NCBI GenBank assembly: GCA_021613535.1
Contig: CP075496.1
Location: forward strand, 5,456,001-5,520,000
Source: Adineta vaga
Lineage: Eukaryota > Animalia > Rotifera
Reading direction: 5' to 3'
Length of the DNA stretch: 64,000 bases
Shown: piece by piece, positions 27,011-39,025 of the stretch
How the letters are laid out: each line of letters begins with the position of its first letter
How positions within the stretch are numbered: the first letter of the stretch is position 1
Notes under the pieces: generated by a model
What the model was told of the DNA's origin: nothing
What the model saw: only the letters and a program-made list of their open reading frames with translations
The model's database searches: none
Translations under genes and position numbers: made by a program

Positions 27011-30000
27011 ATGGACATCCGTGGTAAAATCAAAGACGAAATTAAACAAGACGATTCGAAAAAACGAAATTTCTATCAACATCAAGCATTTGCTGAAACA
27101 GCTGTAAATGCTCTTGAACAACGTACATTACTCGATATTGATTCCGAACCGTAAGAATTAAAAATATTCCGTTTCACTTGTTTCATTTTGATATTTCCGT
27201 TTCTTAATATCTAGATGGAATACTCGTCATACAAGTATCATTTGTACCTTAGGTAGATAATTATGGATCATTACATACGATTAATTCATACTATTTATTT
27301 GTTCTTAGGACCTGCATCACAAAAAGTAGAAATGCTTAGCAAAATGATTGATGCAGGAATGAATATAGCTCGAATGAATTTTTCACATGGTTCTTACGAA
27401 GTATGTCAACGTTGAAAGTACTTTTCGAAGTGATTCTAAGTGCATTTTCTATTAAGTACCATCAACAAAGTATTGATAATGTTCGTGCTGCAGAAAAATT
27501 AACTGGGGAAGGCGAAGAATTTCGACCAATTGGTATTGCATTAGATACAAAAGGTCCAGAAATTCGAACAGGTGTTTTAGCTAATGTAAGATACTGAAGT
27601 TTGAATGAAGAAAAAACAAAACCGAAATGATTTGCTTTTCAGGGAGTTAACAGTGAACTTGATTTACAAAATGGTATGACCATTCGTTTAACTACCGATG
27701 AAGCTTTTGCAGATAAATCTACGCAAGATGCTTTGTATGTTGATTATAAAAATATCGTACAAGTGATTAAACCCGGAAATCGAGTTTTTATTGATGATGG
27801 TCTCATTTCCTTACTTGTCAAAGAAGTTGGTTAGTAACTCAATCACATAATGTCTTTTCAGTTTATAATATCTTTTTGATTTTATAGGAGATACTTTTCT
27901 TAAATGTGAAGTAGAAAATGGTGGTTTATTAGGTAGTCGAAAAGGTGTTAATTTACCAGGTGTACCAATTGATTTACCTGCTGTCTCAGAAAAAGATGAA
28001 AAAGATTTATTATTTGCTGTGAAAAATGATGTAAGTATCTATTTGTTCTTGGTTTCCGAATAAGATCGAGTTCGAAAATGATAATCTGTTTTTTTTAGCT
28101 TGACATGGTTTTTGCTAGTTTCATTCGTGATGCTGAAGGTGTTCGTGTTATTCGACGAATTCTAGGTGAAGCAGGAAAAAGCATTAAAATCATTGCTAAA
28201 ATTGAAAATCATCAAGGCATTCAAAAGTATATTTTTAATTTCATTAAGAAATGATTCGATATATTTCAACACAATTGATTTTTTTGTTTGTGTTAAGTTT
28301 TGATTCAATTTTGGAAGAAGCTGATGGTATTATGGTTGCTCGAGGTGATATGGGTATTGAAATTCCAGCCCAAAAGGTTTTTGTTGCACAAAAAATGATG
28401 ATTGCTAAATGTAATCAAGCTGGTAAACCCGTCATTTGTGCTACACAAGTAAAATATATCTTGTCATTGAAATAGCATTGAATTGAAAATTGATCTTTAG
28501 ATGTTAGAAAGTATGACAAAAAATCCTCGTCCAACTCGTGCTGAAGTTAGCGATGTCGCTAATGCTGTATTGGATAATGCTGATTGCATTATGTTATCTG
28601 GTGAAACAGCTAAAGGCAAATATCCTGTACAATGTATTCAATTGATGCATGAGGTTTGATTAAATAAGAATAATAAAGAATCGTTGTCTTCGACAAATTC
28701 GTTTTAGATCGCTCGTGAAGCTGAAGCTTGCTTGTTTCATCGAGAATTATTTGAAAATCTTCGTTATTTTACAAAACCACCATTGGTAAATAACTTCTAT
28801 TGTTATTTTTCGGTACTTATTAAATAAAATTCTATTGTTTTCTAGGATCAAATGCAATCAACCGCTATTGCAGCTGTTGAAGCCGCTTTCCGAAGTTATG
28901 CTACACTTATTGTTGTACTAACACATTCTGGACGGTAAGAATACATTAAAAAAGAGACACTTCAATGACGTTTTTATGAATTTTTTGCTACGTTCATGGT
29001 ATTTGAGGAAAGCATGATTACTCCTACTACATTCATCATGAAATTATAAGAATTTCAATAGGATATGAATATTATCACGTCTAAGTTAAATGAAGGAAAA
29101 AATTTACACTTAAAATGACCTGAACGTTTGTATTTCGAAAAGAATCGAGGTACATAGAATAAACAAGGATGATTTTGAGATACTTTTTTTTATTTCTCGA
29201 CAGAATGTATATGCACATATGTACTTAGATAGTGAATAGTTTATTACAGTGCAAAAATAATTCTTCTATTCGATTATTTTGGTAATACAAGAAGAAATCA
29301 TGATGAATCAGTTTAACAAAGAGTTACTATAAAAAGAATTGAAATTGACTAACAATAGATACATAAATGATCAAATCAATCAAACTTATGTTCGAAATAT
29401 GAATTTAATCTTTTGAATAGATCTGCACATTTAATTGCCCAATATCGTCCTCGAGCTGTTATCATGACTGTATCACGATCTTTGAAAACAGCTAGACAAG
29501 TACATCTATATCGTGGTTGTTGTCCTGTTTATGTCGTCAGTAAGTTATTTATTTGAAAGATTTCTAATTCATTACTAACATTATAACTTTTTTTTCAGCT
29601 CAACGAAGTAAGTTATTTATAAGGAATGATGTAGTGTTTTCATTTGTAGTGAAAATTATGATTTGTTTATTTTTATTCACTTATAGAAACTGCTTCACAA
29701 GCCAATCTTTCTGCCCAAGGTGAGTAGTATATGAAATAACCTTACTATTTTATTGATATTTTTCTTTCGAAAAATCTCGTTTTATCACTTCTACATGGTC
29801 TATATTTCTCTTTTTTAGGAGGTGCAAATGCTCCTACTGGTAATATAATGATATATCTTTCGCTTTTACTTCTAAAACTTCGTTCCTATTTTAGATTCTG
29901 AAGCTGCTGCTAAAGAGGAAGAAATTTTATTTAAACAACATCATATTTCAACTAATCAAGCTTTAGCTATGAGTGATTGGTTACTTGATGTTGATGCTCG

Positions 30001-30190
30001 TGTTATGGATGCTATTCAACTTGCAAAAAAACGTGGTTTTGTTTCAGCTGGTGATGCTGTTGTTGTTGTAACGGGATGGGTAAGTGATTACAAACTCGTT
30101 TCTACATTCCGAAAAAATATTTCTTCTTTTATCTTTCAGCGACCGGGTTATGGTACAACAAATACATTACGTGTCATCTATGCTGATTGA
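27011..30190 (+). CDS. Pyruvate kinase; many exons including three microexons
   Basis: [115 protein letters not shown]. Confidence 0.97.
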
Positions 30191-30808
30191 ACAATGACCT
30201 GAATCCTAGCCTTTTCAAAAGAAAACCAATTTATTATCAATTTCAATCCCACCTTTATTTCTCATTTTTCTCCTAGTTTTTTTTATCAAGTCAATATCTT
30301 TCTCGATCTACTCATCTTTTTTCTTTTTTCCTTTCTTCATATATTTTTTTAAAGATACATTATGTATCTTTTATTTTTCACACCTTGTGTAAAACCAGTG
30401 TTGTGTTGTATGAAATCTCTACACCTTTGCATGTCTCATTTTCAATGTTCTTCATAGAATATTTTCTTAGTCATTATGTTTAGTATATTATATCATTATA
30501 TCAAAATAATAATAAATTAAGTTTCTAATTAAATATATATATATATATAAAGAAAAGATGTTGGTACTTATTCAGAATATAGCAAAATTCTTGAAAGAAA
30601 AACTAGAATCGAATCTATGTTGTATAAAACATCACTATATCATTCAAGATTCGATGTGAAGATAGTGGTGGTAGAATCATAGAGTATGAAACTAGTCTAT
30701 AATATTTTGAATCTAAAGACTGATGATAAAAGTAATCACTCATTCGTATTTTCTACTAATAAAACAAAATCAGAAACCGTCACAGCGTGTATGCTAAAAT
30801 GGCTATTA

Positions 30809-31476
30809 ACGGGTGTCCCAAGAATAATGGACCTCTCAGTATTTTACTGTTATCTCGTTCAAAACAAATCCAATCGGAGTCAAATTTATTTTTAAAAGAT
30901 AGATCTTTTCACGCTCTATATAAATGTATATTTTGTTTTTCATTCAAACGTATCTTGTCGTCAGTATTAGATGAAAAGTAACGATGTTCAAAAAGTCGAT
31001 TTTTGTAACTTTCGATATAATGGACTCTCTGTTTTTTTTTGTTTTCCAAATACGCGTCGACAAAAGTGTTGTTTTGCAAAACCGTTCACTTTGGACTGCT
31101 CTTCTGAAGAGTGTCGTAGAAACTGATGATGTTAAATTATTTACATAAATAGAAGATAGACCATTTTGTAGAGCATCTCAAGAGGAATCTTTCGAAAAAA
31201 AAATCAAGTTTGAACAAATGAGAACGAATAGAAGTACACTAAAATACTAATAGGCCCATTTTCTCTGATACACCTGTTACAAAAAACGACTTTTTGAAGA
31301 TCGTTACTTTTCATCTAATACTGAAGACAAGATATGTTCGAATGAAATACAAAATATACATTCTTGTAGAACATGAAAAGATCTATCTTCTAAAAACAAA
31401 TTTGACCTCGATTGGATTTGTTTTGAACGAGATAACAGTAAAATACTGAGAGATCCATTATTTTTGGGACAACCGT
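30809..31476. mobile_element. Tc1/mariner-type non-autonomous foldback element (MITE) with about 200-bp inverted arms and TA target duplication
   Basis: Arm 30809-31009 (ACGGGTGTCCCAAGAATAATGGACCTCTCAGTATTTTACTG...) is the imperfect reverse complement of 31276-31476 (...CAGTAAAATACTGAGAGATCCATTATTTTTGGGACAACCGT). TA lies at 30807-30808 and 31477-31478. No transposase ORF. Confidence 0.9.
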
Positions 31477-32846
31477 TATGTTCAATTAACTAACAAAAAA
31501 AACAAGTTTACAGTGTGATATCTTTTGAACTGCTGCTGAATTTTAATAGACATCTTCAACTAAACGTTTGATAGCAACTTAATCTATTCGTCAGATAAAA
31601 TATTGATTTAAATTGTGAGATGAACTAATCAAAATAATCTCTTAAAAAATGAATTTTAAACTTTAATAAATGAAAAGTATCGCTCATTTTACAAAATTCA
31701 TTAAAAAAATTATTTTAATTAAACTTTCATGAATTAAGATCGTGGGAAGTATTTATAACTAATTATATCGTGTCGGTTGTAAACTGGAAGTTCATAAATG
31801 AATTCCATCTGTTATTCATTGTTTCTCTTCGAGTTTTGAAGTCTAAGTTTACTTGTTGATCAGAATATGACTAATTTGATGGTGAATTTGTGCTTCTATC
31901 TGAAATTATTGAATATTAAAAATATTTATCTAGAAGAGATATTTTCAAATCTCATTTACCAATCAAGACTATATGCATCATTTCTTGCACACAAAATCAC
32001 CACGATGAATTTGTATCTAGCTTATTGATATTCTATTTTAATACAGACATCGTTTTAATTTAAACCCACTATAATCGTTTAAATAAAAGTATAGAACAAC
32101 AAAACGACTAAGTTTATAAAAAGAATAAATATTCATACGAAATGTAATATTTAATATATTTAAATAAGTATATGTAAAAAAAGGAGTCTAGCAAAACGGT
32201 GTCATTGACTATTTTCATGTTTCTATAAAAAAAACTAATATATAATATCAAGAAATGCAAGAGTGACACATTCTCTATTTACTCATCCTTATTTGAACAT
32301 CACTGTTTCTTCTACACTCGACAATATCACTAATTCGATCATGAAATCATATATACAACAAACAACTTTCATCTTTGTTTTTTTTGCTACTTGTCAACGA
32401 CAAGAGGTCTATGTATATATTTAATAAATGAAAAGAAAACAAATTGAAACGATAAGTTCATATTCAACAAATCAAATAATCTCTAATTCTTTCCTTGATG
32501 AATAGATGATGTCTATGAATTAATCAAGAGATATAAACAACCTAAATAATTACTTAACAATTAAATTTTCAGTCCAGCTGCGTATCAGATGACGAAAAGA
32601 AGTGTGGGTGTTTTTTTTTCGAGAAAAGAAAAGAGAAAAGCAAAAATCGAATCATCCAATGATGTGATATTATTTCTGTTATTGAACAGCAAAAAATACG
32701 AAGAACCAATACAAATTTTTTGCTTTCTTCTCTCTTTCTCCTTGAACGAGATTTTTTTCTCTCTCTTGTTCTTCTCCAATGGAATGTGAGTGTATATTAA
32801 TATTGAAGTCAAACAGCGTTCGTGAACATTTAGTTGTCTTTTTATC

Positions 32847-34257
32847 ATGTCTTCAATCTTTCCAAACTGGTTTAATGAAGCAATGTTACTTCATCGAAAA
32901 GGTTATAGTAGTGAACAAGTAAATGGAGATATAACCGGTAAATGAATTACGAAATACGAATCTAAATCAAAGATATATTTATATTTGATTATTTAGCTGA
33001 ACGATTAAAATATCTTCTTGGTGTTCAGTATTATTCGAATTTATTTTCTTCACCTGGTTTAAATCTTTCATCATCAGGAACAAGTGATAAATCGGACAAA
33101 AACGACGACGACGACGTCGAAGAAGAAGAAGAAGTTGAAGCAGAAGAAAATGAGGATGAAATGGAAGATGCAACTCTTACTTACAAATGTAATGAATGTG
33201 AAAAATATTTTTCCACTTCTCATGGTTTAGAAGTACATGTTCGACGTACACATTCATCTGATTTAAAACCCTATTCATGTGATTTATGTCCGAAAACATT
33301 TGGACATTCATTATCTCTTGCTCAACATCGAACAACACATACTCAAGAACGTTGTTTTCAATGTAAAACATGTGGAAAATGTTTTAAACGTTCGTCAACA
33401 TTATCAACACATTTATTAATACATTCAGATACTCGACCATATTCATGTGTACATTGTGGCAAACGTTTTCATCAAAAATCTGATATGAAAAAGCATACAT
33501 ATATTCATACGGGTAAATATCATCTTCGATTTTCTTTTCTTTTTTTTGCTTTTTCTTGCTTTTCCTGAACATCCCAATTAACCAGATGTCAACGAATCTC
33601 TCAGGAGAAACAGTGACGATAGCCATTTTAAACATTGATAAGAAAGTCTTGTTAAATATGCATATTTGAAGATGAAAAACGAATAGAAGAGAATATAGTT
33701 TAGGTGTAACTTTCACACATAAATTTTCTTTGGCAGATTCACTCAACAGAGTTGCTTTCTTTTTTTGGGGGGAGAAAGAGAGGATAGATTCAATTTATTT
33801 TATTCGAATATTCTCAGGAGATGATCGAAGTGCGGATCCTGATAAGACTAATCATTTCTTTTATTTTGTTTTATCTTGTGTTAATCATCCGTAAACAATT
33901 ACTCTTTGAAATAGCCAGGGAAATTCAGATATTTACTCTTTTTATTTAGGAGAAAAACCTCATAAATGCATTGTTTGTGGTAAGGCATTTTCTCAATCAT
34001 CAAATTTGATTACACATAGTCGAAAACATACGGGCTTTAAACCATTTCAATGTCATAAATGTTTACGTGCATTTCAACGAAAAGTAGATCTACGACGTCA
34101 TATTGATACCCAACATGGTGCCGAACATCTTCATGAAAATCTTTCTTTAAAACCAACTAATCAACATTTACATCAAAACAGTATTTCAAATGAAATTAAC
34201 AATAGCAAATATGGTCCGATTGGATCATTGATTCAAGAATTAGCTGCACGACATTGA
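32847..34257 (+). CDS. GFI1: Gfi1/senseless/pag-3 family C2H2 zinc-finger transcription factor (3 exons, six fingers)
   Basis: [98 protein letters not shown]. Confidence 0.93.
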
Positions 34258-36987
34258 ACAATAAAACTAACTAACTAACTAACCAACTTTGCATGATAAG
34301 AATTATTTTTCTTTTCTTTTTCTTCATCTTCTTCTTTCTGTATAAAACGATGATCCATATGTTTAGGTGTCAAATTGAGAGAAGAGCGAAAGGCGGTGAC
34401 GAAAGAAAGTGTGAGCAACCATCTGGATACGTTGTGTACACGTGTGTATGTGTGTATGTGTGTGGGGGTAGAGAAAAAGAAATCTTGATTGAGAATTGCA
34501 GACAATAGGTGTGTGTGTGTTAGGTACTGCTATATTATGCATCACAAATCTAGCAGGAGAAGATTATTAATCTCACATCGATTTTGTGACTAGAACTCAT
34601 TTTTTTTACACAACAACAAGAACAGGTCTATTAATCACAGGACAATCTCTAACTGTTTTTCTTGACAATTCTTTTCTATTTTAATCTTTGCTGTTCATTT
34701 CGTTCTAATCATCACATCCTTCTTTTTCTGCTTTCAACATTAATGATAATTTCTAATGTCATATGAAAAATAAATAAACGCTTACGGCATGATATCACTG
34801 AGTTAGTCCTATCGCGGCTTGAAATCAAAAGATTACACGTTCATGCTTTTCTTTTTCTCCTCAGCAGGTGTTGAACATGAGTATACAACACGCGTGTGCA
34901 ATGATCATCACTATCCTTCCAATATGGTGAATTGTTACTGATCAAATCGTCAACGTTGACAACTTGTTTTTACCCGGGAGGCAAACTGAATAGACAAAAG
35001 CAAATGAGAAGAAAAAGAAGCAACATAAAAATAAAATGAAAATACAAAATGCCAGTTGGTCAATATTGCTTACGGGAAAGAAAAAGAAACCTTCGCTTGT
35101 GAATTTACGATTGAATTAGCAAAATGACAATTAAATATAATCTATGTATATCAAGTATTTTTTTTCTCTTCGCTTCTGATAAGTCTTAATAAGTGTCTAT
35201 GATAACATTGATCAATAAGTCAATATTTGATCTTTCATATAACGTAATAACATATACACCCACTCAAGAGACAGACTTGCCATCGAACAAGTACGATGAA
35301 AAAATCCACACATTTAGTAAACTCATCTTCCATCAGTCGATTCGGTTAGAAAAAGCAATCATCAACGATTTAAATCCCTTGGGTATGTCGAACAGCAAAC
35401 GTTTTCTTACCACTTATCACTATTACAAATGCATACAAGAGAAAATCATCTTGACGATGGAATATGTCAGATAGGAACAGAATTATATAGACTATACGAC
35501 AGTTGATGTCGAGATGAACCATCAGTGATTAGGTTAATCAAACGCGTAATAAAACACGATGATTACATTTTCTTCTCGACATGATGATAAAATTATCATG
35601 ATCAAATATTTATCCAATAGAGAAGAAAAAAAAAGATATAATTTGAAGAACATAAAAGTATCAAACTAAAAGTTCATTTCGATTTGTTTCAGATATATGT
35701 AATCTTACTATTGCACATATAATATTAGCAAAAAATCTGATTTTTCTTTGAGATTTTTTTTCAAAAGTTGTGGTTTCGAAAGAATTTGTGATTATCGGAT
35801 ACTATTTAACATCTGCTGTATTTTCTAAGAATAAGAAAGTAATATTTAAAATGAATGTTCACATTATATATGCAATATCCAGGTGGTTTACAACTGGATA
35901 GTTGACTTTTATTTTGGTCTAGTTTTAAAAAGATGAAAGAATACATTATTCACATGACTGTGACGACAGATTTTATTTTCAGAAAAAAAAAGAAATTTTT
36001 TAAATTATTCATAAATTTTATGTAGTAGGTAGTGAAATGACGAATACTTCGCCTACTCGGATGTCATTTTGTATATACTAAGTTAGTCATAGAGTATAGT
36101 TTTGGAATTCTTGTTCGAATGAACTAATTTTTCATTAAGCGTGAGTCGCCCACGTATCTTTTGCTCTTTTAAGAAGACTGGTTCCTTTTACAGTATTTGT
36201 TATATTGGATTTGACACAGAACTTATAAACGTAGCTCGAATATATATAAACAATTGATCAGTCAGAACAATCTCAATAATGATTTGAAAATCAAACTAAA
36301 TCTTTCGAATTTGTAAACACCAAATCATGTGTATTATTTTTCTTTTTGTTAGGAAATGAAAAGTGATAATTGTCGACTTCACAATTATATATACGCACGC
36401 ATAGAATGATGTCTTCAAAAATTTTATTGTTTCTATTTATCATAAAGTTCGTTTTCGTAAGACAACAGAGTCGAATGCAATAGATTTCATTATGAATACA
36501 GCTTTCAAAGAAAATCATATAGATGACGTTTTCGTAATTTCGTCATTCTCCAACTATGAAAACTATTATCATCCTTAAAACTTCGTTTAAATGTGGAAAA
36601 ATAACGAAAATTTCAAAATTACTAATGTATCTGTAAGTTAATGGATATCAAACTTGTGTAATTACTGATTCGTACAGAAAGATATTTTGATAAATTTCAG
36701 AAATAAACAAAAATAAAAAATCTCCAACATATGAATCGGTCGCTTCGTAAATCTTTTGAAACTGTGTAACACTAGATCTTTATGCATGCAAGAAAAGATA
36801 AGGTAGTAATTATGAAAGAAATGTTCTTCTTTAGATATTTTATTATCTCTTTCGTCATATCATCCGTTTGTGCCAAATAAAAAATGCGGATTGAACAATG
36901 CAAAAAAAGAAATTGATGACACAATTGACACATGAAAACGATGATGAATATTCAAAAACGATAACAATTTTTTTTCTCTTTGTTAAT

Positions 36988-38674
36988 TTAACCGAAAATA
37001 TCGAGACCACCCATATCGTCATCGTCAGATTCGGGTTCAGCTGGTTTCTTCGCTTGTTCGGCTGCTGGAGCTTTAGCACCAGCTGCGGCTGGGGCACTAG
37101 CTGGAGCTGCGGCAGCGGCGGCGAATTTCGATGGATCTTTCAAGTATTCTTTAAGCTAAAAAGACAGAACAAAAGTTTATATCGACTTATTTAAAAATCA
37201 AAAAAAGAAAAATAAATTTCTTGAGAAGAAAAAATTAGACGGACTTCAGAACGCTGTTGGATTGGTTCTTATTCATCAGTTGCTATATCAGTAGCAGAAC
37301 TGGATAAACGGTTCATCATTTGTCCGTGTGCTCACAAGTAGAATCGAACCAAGAATTTCGATCGTTTTAGACAATTAAACTATATTTTGACTTACAGTTT
37401 TAGCTTGTTCAAACTCAACATCAGTATTAGCGGCCAATCCAAGTAAACGTTTGAATCCACCAAGAATAAGATGTGGTGCTGATGCTTGATTTGGATAGTT
37501 AATACCGAGCGAAAATGCAGCTAAACGTTGAACACCTTGTGAAAATTTAGCACGTAAGTCAGCTGGTTTAATATCAAGAATTGCTGGTTCGAAACATGAG
37601 CCAGAGTCATAAACTAAATTTCATAAAATGAAAGAAAAATAAAATATTTGAAACAAATTTTTTACCTTGACGAATAATAAGACCATAACTAAACGGCGAA
37701 ATGTTCAACATGTTAAGTAATGTTGCTTCGCTTGGACCGACTTTCTCACCGATTTTAATTAAATGTACGTCGTTCTTAAAAGAGGAAAAATATAATGATT
37801 AACATATTGTTCAAGAAATAAGAAAGTAGATATTCTAACTGCTATTTTCGATGAAATTACAATGTAGAGACAATTTCAATGAGTTTCAGTATAGATTACA
37901 ACTTATTCAGATAAGATCAAATTAGGATCATTCGTGTTTGTTTTATGCTTTTAACAACTTCATACGTACAATGATTTCAATGGTACCACGTGTAATTTTT
38001 GTCGGAATTTGAAGAGCTTGAAAAAAACTTGTTTTTTCTGGACCTAAATTAGTTACTTGAGCTGGGATAGTAACATCGACGGGTGCAATTGCACCAGCTC
38101 GGGCTGGAGCAGCAACCTAGAAAAATCAACTATAAAGAAAATTTTTCTTTTTATCCAAATCTCTATACCTTGTTTTCCAAAATTTTTTCACGGATTGTAC
38201 TTAAATCTTCTTTTGTGAAAACGAAACCAATATTTTCATAGACGTGTGGTAACAATTTTTCCAAATTGGCATTTTTTGATACTTGTCCACGAATTGTTTT
38301 TCTCATCATGGTATTTTTACCCATGAGGATAACTAATTTCAATAAGAAAAAAAGATTCCTACGTATAAATATTTTTAAAAAAAAAGTCTTCATTACCAGC
38401 ATGTCCACGAAGTGAAACACGGATTTTTTGCATTTGACGTGAACCGACATTGTCAGCACCGACAACAAATACTTTCGGATATTCGTCCAAATATTGCTAA
38501 AAACAAAAAGAAAGAAAAACACATTAAAATAGCTCTCAGATAAGCATTATTCTCAACGTTTCCGAAGAAACTCAAAATTGCAGAACACATGATAAAAAAA
38601 AGCATCATCATTGAGCATACCGTCAAACGCATTGTATACTTGGCCTTCCATGTTGAACGATCTTCTTTCACCAT
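36988..38674 (-). CDS. RPLP0: 60S acidic ribosomal protein P0 (uL10); multi-exon
   Basis: [78 protein letters not shown], and the acidic tail [13 protein letters not shown]. Confidence 0.98.
37239..37327 (-). ncRNA. Box C/D snoRNA, SNORD38/snR61-like (LSU rRNA AAGC-Am-GAACUGG)
   Basis: Minus strand: acggac stem, C box ATGATGA, guide CCAGTTCTGCT-a-CTGA (D'), C' TGATGA, D box CTGA, gtccgt stem. The guide is complementary to conserved LSU AGCAGAACUGG and the +5 rule hits the A. Located in the last RPLP0 intron. Confidence 0.88.
37880..37937 (-). ncRNA. Candidate compact box C/D guide RNA predicted to methylate U2 snRNA G25
   Basis: Minus strand: ATGATCC (degenerate C box), ATTTGATCTTA-t-CTGA, then a second CTGA. 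TTGATCTTA pairs with U2 UAAGAUCAA (nt 22-30) with +5 on G25. Located in the 195-nt RPLP0 intron 37775-37969. The terminal stem is weak. Confidence 0.55.
38532..38616 (-). ncRNA. Box C/D snoRNA, SNORD96-like (5.8S rRNA Gm75 equivalent)
   Basis: Minus strand: gctc stem, ATGATGA, guide CATGTGTTCTGCAAT-t-TTGA (D'), internal GTTTC-TTCG-GAAAC hairpin, CTGA, gagc stem. The guide pairs with 5.8S AUUGCAG..CACAU with +5 on the G. Confidence 0.85.
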
Positions 38675-39025
38675 TTTTCAATCTGAAATAATAATGTAAA
38701 AAAGAAAAGAAAGGAGTAACGTTATTAAGTAACTTGTTCAGGATGAAAATGACGAACGCGATGGATGTATCGTCCTCCTTAGAAATAAACAAATAAACAA
38801 CTAATGATAAATATGTTTTTATAAGATCAAATAAATTTGTTAGAAATATTTTTTAAATTTTCTTCAAAGAAAAATCAAGAAATTTTTTCTAAATGATTTC
38901 TATTTTTCAATTTATTATTTTTATTCGTATCAACAAGAGAAAAGAATGAAGGACAAAACGATATTATCATGGAGAATAAACCAATCAGAATGTTTTTTTC
39001 TTTCGATTCGAACGCTGCCAAATGA

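Noticed and set aside
36125-36160. Mariner-like terminal sequence (reverse complement TACGTGGGCGACTCA)
   Set aside because: No matching second end was found nearby.
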